Of a stretch of 64,000 nucleotides of DNA, positions 54,131 through 64,000 are shown in pieces. The number at the start of each line of letters is the position of its first letter. Positions within the stretch are counted from its first letter, which is position 1. The notes below the pieces were generated by a model that was not told the DNA's origin, ran no database searches, and saw nothing but the letters and a program-made list of their open reading frames with translations. This DNA is from Nageia nagi. Taxonomy: Eukaryota > Plantae > Pinophyta. Both the position numbers and the translations under genes were made by a program. The stretch covers positions 53,754,001 through 53,818,000 of the forward strand of contig JBITNC010000001.1 of the NCBI GenBank assembly GCA_050084985.1, read 5' to 3'.

Positions 54131-54714
54131 AAAATGTTGAATATCAATTTAGCTTGACTCATATATAGCCATGCTCATCAAATTTATACTATAGTACAAA
54201 TAATAAAAGTTGGATTATTGTTGCTAATCCATTTCTCACATGATTGAAGCTTCAAGAACTAATACATCTAGAGCTAGTGAAGAATTTTATGCAACAATTC
54301 AAAAACTAAGTTTTTATTTGTTATTTTATTAGCAATGATATTGCTTAGTATCAACAAGATTCTTGGCCAAATATAATAGTAGTTCAAGGTAGAAAGGTAA
54401 TTATAATGGGCAGGAAAAGTTGGAAATCAATTTTATACATTTTATAAGAAATATATAGGGAAGTACACATATAACATGTATATATCATATCTAATAATTC
54501 ATTATTCAAACATCAATGCTTCAGTTTATATACTTGTTCCATCCTAGAGCATAAAAACTAGAATTAAATTAATGCTAGTTATATCAATGATCTAAACAAT
54601 CATAAGCATATGATCCTCCCAATTGTCCAAAAGCTTGAAGTAGCCAAAACCATACCTCATCAAATTGTATAATGGTATTATCAAACATATACTACACTTT
54701 GTTACATCATTATA

Positions 54715-54960
54715 TACATTCAATCAAAAACCATTTTCAACTACTCTTTAATGGATGTCCATACCTTCTTCTAAAGCTCCCATGATGGCACATGCTCAAA
54801 GAATATTGGCAAAGATTGTAGAGTTTGGATTTACTCCTAGCAACTGTATTTTCTTAAAAAGTCTTTAAGGCCTTCTCAAAAAACCTATTTTTTGCATAGC
54901 CTTTGATCATTGCATTCCATGAGATTGCATTTCAATGAGACATTTTGTTAAACAATTCAC
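54715..54960 (-). pseudogene. PLS-class PPR fragment (P and L motifs)
   Basis: Reads ELFNKMSH*NAISWNAMIKGYAKNRFFEKALKTF / KIQLLGVNPNSTIFANIL*ACAIMGALEEGMDIH*RVVENGF. Confidence 0.92.
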
Positions 54961-55063
54961 AAATAAAATAAATATACCTCTACTATAGATTGTGCTTTAA
55001 CTTCAAAGAAAACACAATCAACTAATAATATATATGGATTCAAAGAGAGCAAATTAACATAAT

Positions 55064-55326
55064 AACACTTGATTCTACTTAATCATGAGTGTTTGATCCA
55101 TAAGGCTCTATCAATGTATCAAACATAACTCATTTTCACAGGAGAGTAGCATTTCTTTCTAGGATTTTAATGATACACTATTTATTTCATGGGTGGGAAA
55201 GAACACTCGAGTCTACTTAATCATGAGTGTTTGATCCCTGAGGCTCTATCAATGTATCAAACATAACTCATTTTCACATGAGAGTAGCATTTCTTCCTAG
55301 GATTTTAATGATAAACTATTTATTTC
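55064..55326. repeat. Near-identical tandem duplication, period 138 bp
   Basis: aacact.ga.tctacttaatcatgagtgtttgatcc...ggattttaatgata.actatttatttc at 55064 and 55202. Confidence 0.95.
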
Positions 55327-58300
55327 CCTCATTATTCCATGCAACTAGGAACTATAGTGTTTATCATCAATGGTTGCAAGAAGTTAGGTTGCTACCAAAA
55401 GAATACAGTGCTAGATCATAATAATCAAGCCAGTAGATAATGCATTTTTAATAAGCTATAGTCCTAGAAGAATGTAGTTAATGAAAAATAAAAAGGATTA
55501 TGATTGAAATAGTACAATAGCTCAAAGACATCAAGTTCTCATACCTTGGTGCTGATTATACTTGTTCACTATGTAATCTAACATAGTTTTAATCATAATT
55601 ATACATTTGTAGATGGTCTCTTTTGCTATTCTTAGTCAAGTAGAGTATTTAAGTATATTAATGGTAGAAACTCACCCAATCATAGATGTAAATATACAAA
55701 TAGTGGACTATTGTAAGTCCAAAAGGTTGGATATTCTAGCAAATTTGCCCAAGTCTATAAGATGCTTTCGTATGTGATAATGCGAATTGATAATGCTTTT
55801 CCTTTTGCAACATGTGGCTATCTGTTACACTTTTTGAATATTATGTATGAAATGTTATCTTAAGTTGTGGCTATGTATTGTGATTACAAGACCCCAAGGG
55901 TAAGATAATTTACTATTCTTAATCTTGGCTATGGATTGTTGCTTATGCTATAATGCCTAGGCTATGTAGTATTAATTCAATTTTTAGTTTAATGTGTTCA
56001 TCTCTTTCTTTTTCTCTTAACCCTTTTATCTCTTTTCTATTACTTTTAACCTTTAAAATAGATATTAACTAGCCTAAAACCCAAAGATTGAGTAGAAAAT
56101 AAACACCAATGTGTCTCCCACCACCCTTTGCTCTTTTAAGGACCCTACTATTGTGAGCAATGGATAACATGACCAGACCAAACCCTTGAAGTTACATTAT
56201 ATCGATCAATAGTAGAAAATTCTATTTTTAGCATGCTCAATGAGACATAAGATAAATTTCATATTTAGTGGGCATAAATAGGCCAGATACTTGTGTCTGG
56301 TTAGCTATCACTTTATGCATTAAAATATTATAAGTTTTTTGTTACCTTATTGGTAACTTTGCTGACAACCAATCAATATTTTGAGCCTTGGAACCTCTAG
56401 AATGTAGAATTACTAGAAGTAGTACCAAAAATTATCATATATAGCCTAGATTTCAAGAGCTATCAGTTCCTCATAGGAGGACTAGGCAAAAGATTTCTTA
56501 GATTTTATCCCCTCAAATTCCTCTAAGGGTTGTTCCATTATAAGCCATATTTGATTCTACCCCAAAAACTCCTTACCCTAATATAAAGATCCAAGCATGG
56601 CTCAACCTACTCATGTTAATTTTCCTACTTAGAATAATGGCCATCCATTGGTAGTTACTACTAACTCACCAGCTATTCCTCAAGTAGCTTTCAAAGTTTT
56701 TCCCAAGTATGATGGATCTGGTAAAACACCATATGATCCTTCTTAAGATGTTTCTCTTTTGGTTTCAATCTCTGATATCACTAATGAAATGGTGATGACT
56801 AGATTGCTATCGCATTCCTTTGAAGGTAAAGTAGTTGAATGGTTCAAAACTCTTCCCCTTCAATCTATAAATACATGGGGGGAGCTATGTCAAGCTTTGA
56901 TCAAAATATTTATTATTGATGGTGATGATAGTACCCTCCTAATCCTTATAGCATGTATCAAAAGACACCCTCATTATTCTATTGATGATTTTAATATCAA
57001 ATTTGAGAAAACATGGAAATTTATTCTAGTAAGGATTAGACCAACAAATGCACAAGCTCTAGTATATTATAGGAAGGCCTTCATCTCTTATCTTAATATG
57101 CTTATTATTATGTTGGAAGATACCTTCCATGATATTTACCAAATAGCTAAAACCTCTAAGCATACTTTGGTATCTTCTGAAAAGATGCAACCAAGAACCA
57201 TTATGTCTTTGTTTCCTAATCTACCTCCTAAACAACTTCCATAAATTTCTCATCCTAGAGTGTTAGCCTTGCCACTTACTCCTAAATCTATTTTTAGAAT
57301 CAAGTACTAGTAGTACCTACTTTTGTATCTATAAGTACAAATATTTATTCTAAATCTCAAGAGGAAGATAGAATAAGGCAATTGGAGGTGACTATTAGGA
57401 ATCTTACCAATAATATCACTCTACAAGAAAGGTAGAATCAAGGTTTTAATTATAGAAGATATGATAATTAGTATCAACCTAGATTTTAGCCTAAGAATAA
57501 CCCACCAAAATAGCCTAATGATCCTAACAAAATTAACAATGTAGTTATGGTAAGTCTTGCAAAGAGTGATGCTTTGGGTATTACAAAATGGTGCCCTCCA
57601 TGTTCAGCTCCTCATTTCTCAAACTCATGTGTCATCTATCAACACCAATATTTGGGCTTACATTTAAATTAAATGGTGGAAACTATATCAGATCACACTA
57701 TTAACCTTAATATGATTAATTTTTAGCTTCTAGGCTATGCTAAACAATAAGCCCAATTGTGTACAAACTAGAGCCTCATCTTCAGCGACCTTGTAATAGC
57801 CCCAAGTCACTTAGCAAAATCAATAGGTAATTCCAATGCAACCTAAACTAAAAAGAGATAAGGCTCCTATGATCCCACCATAAAATCAAGAAAACCAACT
57901 TCTCACACATCTAGGTCATATTTATTAGGACCCAGGTAATACTACCTCTATAGTAGTAAATCCTACTGCAACTAGAAAAGAAGTCCTAAAGAAGGAGAGG
58001 CCTCATCCATTAAGATATCTTTTTATTATTGATCATCATAAGGACAAGGCTACTTAACAATATAGAACACATAAACTAGAAAAAATAAGTAATTTTGTCC
58101 CATATGCTCCATACAACATTATGAAAGAACTAAAGAAAACACCTTCTAAAATGGTCATGTTTGATGCATAAGGATTCCAAGTCAAATGGACCTTTTGCAA
58201 GAGGCTTTGAAGTTAAAAAATAGTAATAAAAGGGTAAATTAGGGTAATGTTATCTTTGCAATATTTAATAATGTCCCTCCAACTCCTATAGGTATAAGAA

Positions 58301-58910
58301 GATCTCTACATTTTTTATCTTTATCTTAAATTAGAAGGTTGAGTAGTTGATAACTGCATGATAGATATCGAAGTTGCTATTACCATAATTTTCAAAGCAA
58401 TTGCAAATGAATAAATTATATATTACTATATGCATTGATGGTGTCATACAATTGGATTCCTCTTCTGTAGATGTTATTGGTAGTGTTAAAGGAGTTTCAA
58501 TAACTCTTAATGCATTCCTTGATATTTGTGTCATTCAAGATATTATTATTATTGATCTTCCACCTCTATTTGGAATATGTTTATCCAAAGAGTTCACTAC
58601 CAAATTGGAAGGGTACCTAGCTTTATATTATACACATCTTTTACTTCTCTTCCAAAATAAACAAGTCAAGATTGTAAATGAGGAAATCAAGAGTGTTCAT
58701 CTTAAGAAGATCATAGAGCTAAATTATATGAATGGAATTGAATGTGTAGAAGTGTTTGAAAGGGATACACTTAAAGAAACATTATTAACAATTGAAATTT
58801 TTTTAGCAAATGACCTAAATTATCAAGTCATAGACATTGGTATGGGAAATGATTATTTATATGAAAATATGCAACCAATTTCAATCACAACTGAAAGGGA
58901 GGTTGAGATA

Positions 58911-59275
58911 TGGATAATGTACTTTTATGAGGTAAGATGTAAACATGGATGTAGAGTTGGTGTTGTTTTTAAATCACCAAAAGGACATATGAGAAAATTA
59001 TCATTCAAATTCATATGGATTTGAACAAATAATGATGTTGAATATAAAGCCCTTTATTTAAGGTTATTTAAAGAAATTAGTATGGGTATCAGATGTCTAA
59101 TTGTGCATGGTGATTCTGAACTAGTCATAAAGTAAGTTAAAAACTAGATTAGTGCAAAATATCACTATCTAAATACCTATAGGAATAGAGTATGGGATTT
59201 GCTTGAGTCATTCTTGGATATTAATTTTATATCTATTCCTAGGAGGTACAATCAAGTGGATGATGCACTTGCTAG
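58911..59275 (+). pseudogene. Additional (archaeal-type) RNase H domain between protease and RT
   Basis: Reads WIMYF...GVVFKSP...TNNDVEYKAL...VHGDSELVI...IPRRYNQVDDALA. Confidence 0.88.
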
Positions 59276-62200
59276 AAAAGAGGCATGTTATAATCATGTT
59301 CATCACAAAAGAGGATGCTTTGGAGTTAAAGTTCAATGTAGGCCATCAGTGCCTGATGCTACAAACTTCAAATAGGTGTTTGATTATGATAAGCATATTA
59401 TGAATTTCCTATTGGATGAAACAATAGGTCATACCTTTGGTATTTAAGAATTATTTAACTATTTTCAATATTCAAATGTAATTAAACTCATAAATAATTT
59501 CATACCAAAAAGTTTACTCTCTTTTGAAAGATTGTTTGATTTAGAAGATGTTCAAAAGGCCAAATCCTTAGCTATCCAAAAGGAGGGTAATATTCAGCTA
59601 AAAATAGAACTTAGGAAGTATATAAAAGTTGGATCAGAGTGCTCTAAAAAAGAAAAAGGGATCATGTTTTAGATCTATCATAATTTTTCAAAAACAATTA
59701 CTTAGATTTATGAATGATCTGAAGACATATGACAAAGATGTGATCCAACACAACATTGAGCTTGAACTAGAAGCCAAACCATATAGGAAAAAATAAAGGA
59801 TCATTAACCCAAAAATAGAAGAATCTATGAAACAAAAATTGATTAAACTACTTGATTCAAAAATTATCTATCCAATCAAATATTCTTCTTGGTTGCCAAT
59901 CTAATCCTAGTTAGAAAGACGAGTGGAAAGATCATATTATGTGTAGATTTTAGAAACATGAACCAAGTGTCTCTTAAAGATAATTATCCTCTTCCTCCCA
60001 TGGAACAAATCCTACATATAGTAGCTAGAGCTTGCTACATTTCTATGATTTATGGCTATTTAGGATTCAATCATATTTGGGTAAAGGATAAGGACCAGTA
60101 CAAAACTACATTCATAACCAAATGGGGGACATTTGCTTTTTAGAGGATGCCTTTCAATCCTTCTAATGTAGGAGCTATTTTTTAAAGAGCCATGGACCAT
60201 GCATTTGACTATCTAATAAATAAAATTATCCTAATTTACTTATATGATATCACACTATTTTCTAAATGTAGAAAGGATCACCTAGAACATCTTAGACAAG
60301 TTTTTAAAAAATGTATAGAGTTTGGCATTTCAATCAATTCCAAAAATTCTATTTTTATGGTTAATCAAAGGAAATTACTTGGACATATTATCTCAAAAAA
60401 ATGATTAGGAATTGATCTAGATAGAGTAAAAGCTATTGAAGCATTACCACTCCCTTCTAATAAGAAATCCTCGCAATCTTTCCTTGGTCAAATCAATTTT
60501 TTAAAAAACTTTATCAATGATTTTTTAGAAATTGTATCTCTAATCACTACAATGTTGAAGAAAGATGTATTTTCTTGGTTAGAAAAAGAAAAACAATTTT
60601 CTTGGTTAGAAAAGAAAAAAAAATTTCTTTAGGATAAAAAAAGGCTATAACATAAGCTCCTATATTGAAAAACCTAGATTGTTCAAAAGATTTCATTATG
60701 TATAAGTATGGAGCAGAGAAAAGTATTGTTGCAATTCTAGCACAAAAGCATTACTAGAAAGAGGAACATTCAATTGCCTTTCATAGCCAAATGTTGCACC
60801 AACATTAAAAAAGTTATTCATTTATTGAGAAGCAAGTGTTTTTCATAATAAAAGGACTTAAGAAATTTAAGCATTATGTGTCTCATAATAAGATTCGTGT
60901 ATATACTATTCACCCTGATGTGAGAAATATGTCATACAAAGAGAATTAGGTGAAGGAAAAGTTGGATTTATTACCAAAATAATGGAATATAATGTATAAA
61001 TTAAACTAACCAAGCTTATTAGGGGTAGGGCTATCTATGAAAATATACTAGAAGCTTCACACATGATTGTTGTTATAGAGAATGAACAGCATCTTAATGA
61101 AGAAGGTGATTGGATAAAATAAATTATTTTTTATTTTTAAATAGGTAAATATCCTAAATATTTGGATATATTTCAAAGAATGAGATTCATACTATAGGAT
61201 TTGAATTTTGTGATGATAGATGACCATCTTTATAGGAAGAACTTTGATCAAACCCTATTGAGATGTGTAACTCATGATGAAGCTTGGAGAATATTACATG
61301 AACTTCATTATGGATTCTCTAGAAGATATTATAGTGGTCCAACTACAATAGCAAAAGTACTTCAATAAGGGCATTATTGGCCTACCATATTTTAGGATTC
61401 ATTCAATATAAACCAAGTGTGTGACAAATGTAGCAGATATGTGGAAAAAACGAGACAAGTTGTTATGCCTCTTAAGCCCATGATGGCTGAGTAACCCTTC
61501 CAACAATGGTGTATGGACTTCATTGGTGTTATAAACCCAAATTCCTTAGCATACCATAATTTTATCTTGATTACTATCAATTATTTTACAATATGGTGAG
61601 AAGTTATACCATGTAAAAATATAGATTAAGAGGCAGTGATGGTAATGATCAAAGAATAATCACTCTCTTTGGTATCCCATAGACTATTGTGTTAGACAAT
61701 GATCATGCATTCATTAGAGCTAATTTATCATACTTTATTATTTAGTATGAGATATACTACTTATTTTTTTCAAATTACTACCCACAGGGGAATGGACTAG
61801 TTGATTCAACAAATAAGAACCTAGCTCAAATTATCAAAAGAATAATTGAAGGGAATCCCATATAGTGGCATACATAGTTGAACTATCCATTATGGGTAGA
61901 CAAAATTAGTATCAATTTAGCTATCAAAACATCCCCTTATGTATTAGTATATGGTAAAAGACTAGTATTGTCAATTTATTTTGAATTACCTACATTAAAA
62001 ATTCTACAATAATTGGAAGACTATGACTTTGAACCACTACAAGTAAGGTTTAATCAGATCTTTAAGTTGGAATAAGATCTAAACAAAGCATATGAATCCT
62101 TCTAGCACCACCAATGGATAGTTGAGAAATGATTTGACAAGACGTCTTCCTAGGTAAAGTTTGAAATAGGAGATATTGTCCTCAAATGGGATGAGAAAAG

Positions 62201-62923
62201 AGCAAAGCCTGAGAGATATCATAAATTTGATTCTCTATGGAGTAGGCACTATATCATCACTCAAGCTATGTAAAATAATGCATTCAAAATACAAGATGTC
62301 ACTTCATTTTAGGAACTATCTATCCCAGTAAACGAGATCTATTTGAAATATTACCAAGTGATAGGGTGATTCCATAACAACCACTAAAAATTATATAGTT
62401 TATAAAATATATGTGTGTGTGTGTGTTTTTGTACATTCTTGTAGCCTAAACACATTGCCCAAGGAGGTAGATATCCATTAATGCAAACCATTAATTAGGC
62501 ATGGCATGTAATTACAACTTGCTTACTTGGCATAAATTGTCTAATCAAAAGGAAAACATTTAAGAAAAAGATTTCCTTGGATTTTCCATCATCCACACCT
62601 TATCTCCAAGTATGAATTCAACATGATCCAATTAATTCATTCCCACCTATCACCCACCATGCCATACTGAATGTGAGTCCTGATAGTCCTTGGAAATTAA
62701 TTACTATTAATGGACATGTCAACCATAAACCCTAGGCAAATAAAATATGCTCTCTCACCCTAATATTCTTTACTTAGTGAATTTACAAGCACAAATATTT
62801 GAGATGACTTGAACTTAGAGCATATAGAGCAATTGAATGAGAAGAAAGGAGTTGTAGAGTTTCACATAGCAAGGTTTCAAGCTCTCAATGCAAACTCATT
62901 CCATAAAGAAGATTGTAGACACC

Positions 62924-64000
62924 ATGATGGAAACCAAGCCACCAGCTGAGAGTGAGCATGAGGAGGTAGAAACTAATCTCACTGCAATTCAACATGAATA
63001 TTTAGAGAATGCTCTTGGCATCAACTGGACAAAAATGGGAATGATTAATCACATGGATACCTAGTGTGCTAATCCCATGTAGATCCTATTGTAGCACCTA
63101 AAGCCTAAGGTTATGGGTACAAAATATCTCTTGCTAAATCTAAGAGAGATGTAATGATTGATCAGGGCCTAGCCTATTATGTGCCCTATGATTCATTCAC
63201 CTATCTTGAGTTGTTATAACTATTACACTCAAGCATAGCCAATAAGGTTATGAAATAAAAGTTTTCAAAGACTAGCAACAAGATGGGAAATTTGGATCAA
63301 AACCTAAGTTGGTGTAAGATTATTCTCCTGATTCTATTGTACAAGCCTTCATATTCCCAATTGATTGGACCTTTCATGTAAAGAAGTAGATTGATTTAAA
63401 GTGTGAAAGGGATGATTTCTATAAGAACAATGCATAAATATTAAACTAAATTGATGAATATATGAGGGGAAAACCACAAAGCTCTTGTAGAGCTATGACA
63501 TCACCTCATTTAATAAGGAGAGAGATAGAAAGGTCTACAATAATTGGTGGTCATTCTTAGAAAGAAGACCCAAATTGAATCATATGAATCCATGATGAGG
63601 ATGCCTTACAATATCATAAAAGTACACATCTATTATGACTTCCTTGCCTTTATTTCAAATGAGATGAGATGAAATATTTTCAAAATTGAGAAAACTAATT
63701 TTTGACATTATTCTTATCTATGGTGGATCCTATTCCATAAAAATCTTGAAACATTTGTGGAAGGACTTCAAATTGAACTTGCTAACCTACCCATTGGATT
63801 GCTCTAATTGATTTAAGGTTTCTTATATTAACCAAGCTACATAGTTCATACTATGAGTTAATGGACAAATTCTATGCATCGATGGTGGAGATCCTAATAG
63901 GGAAGCCACCCAAAAAACTATGCTAGACCACCATATGGGAACTTCAAGGAGGAAATAAGGTTGGTGATTAGTATTTGTTGAAATCTTAGACTGTAATCAT
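62924..64000 (+). pseudogene. Accessory ORF downstream of TatII pol, degenerate, function unknown
   Basis: Coding-like tract MMETKPPAESEHEEVE...DQGLAYYVPYDSFTYLELL...DYSPDSIVQAFIFP after a ~550 bp spacer. Confidence 0.45.

Larger units (their letters stand above)
56330..64000 (+). mobile_element. TatII-like Ty3/gypsy element (gag, protease, additional RNase H, RT, RNase H, integrase, 3' accessory ORF); runs off the window
   Basis: gag: EGKVVEWFKTLPLQSINTWGELC. RT: WVANL...LCVDFRNMNQVSLKDNYPLP...IYLYDI. Integrase: WCMDFIG, NYYPQGNG. LTR-like sequence lies upstream (~55600-56330) with unresolved limits. Confidence 0.88.

Noticed and set aside
35941-54960. A functional intron-split PPR-DYW gene
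   Set aside because: The fragments contain stops and frameshifts, are out of order and lack the deaminase core.
56325-56360. PBS of the TatII element
   Set aside because: AAGTTTTTTGTTACC only loosely resembles a Tat/Athila PBS and is too degenerate to call.

Overview
AT-rich, strongly CpG/CHG-depleted plant nuclear DNA, almost certainly from a gymnosperm: it holds a TatII-type retroelement, and its PPR fragments resemble conifer (cupressophyte-like) PLS-DYW PPR proteins. No intact host gene, RNA gene or CRISPR array is visible. The window is a nested stack of decayed retrotransposons. From left to right: a chromovirus-type Ty3/gypsy (1-2649) inserted in an Athila-like element (2650-13799) that carries accessory ORFs, which is itself inserted in a minus-strand relative of the first element (13800-~18390). 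Then come two more gypsy remnants, a LINE remnant and copia remnants (19-34 kb). A shuffled array of PLS/E/DYW PPR gene fragments spans 35.7-39.9 and 53.1-55.0 kb. A full-length L1 (39867-53121, 14-bp TSD, poly-A) landed exactly in a PPR 'GCSWI' motif of that array and was later interrupted by a complete copia (44595-50530, CATAA TSD). A TatII-like gypsy with an extra RNase H between protease and RT fills 56.3-64 kb. Most notable: (1) the L1 has a third ORF after its RNase H that is recognisably homologous to the accessory 'env-position' ORF of the Athila element in the same window; (2) the modular PPR-DYW fragment mosaic; (3) CpG-retaining islands inside otherwise deaminated TEs. All calls come from manual reading and translation; coordinates of degenerate features are approximate.
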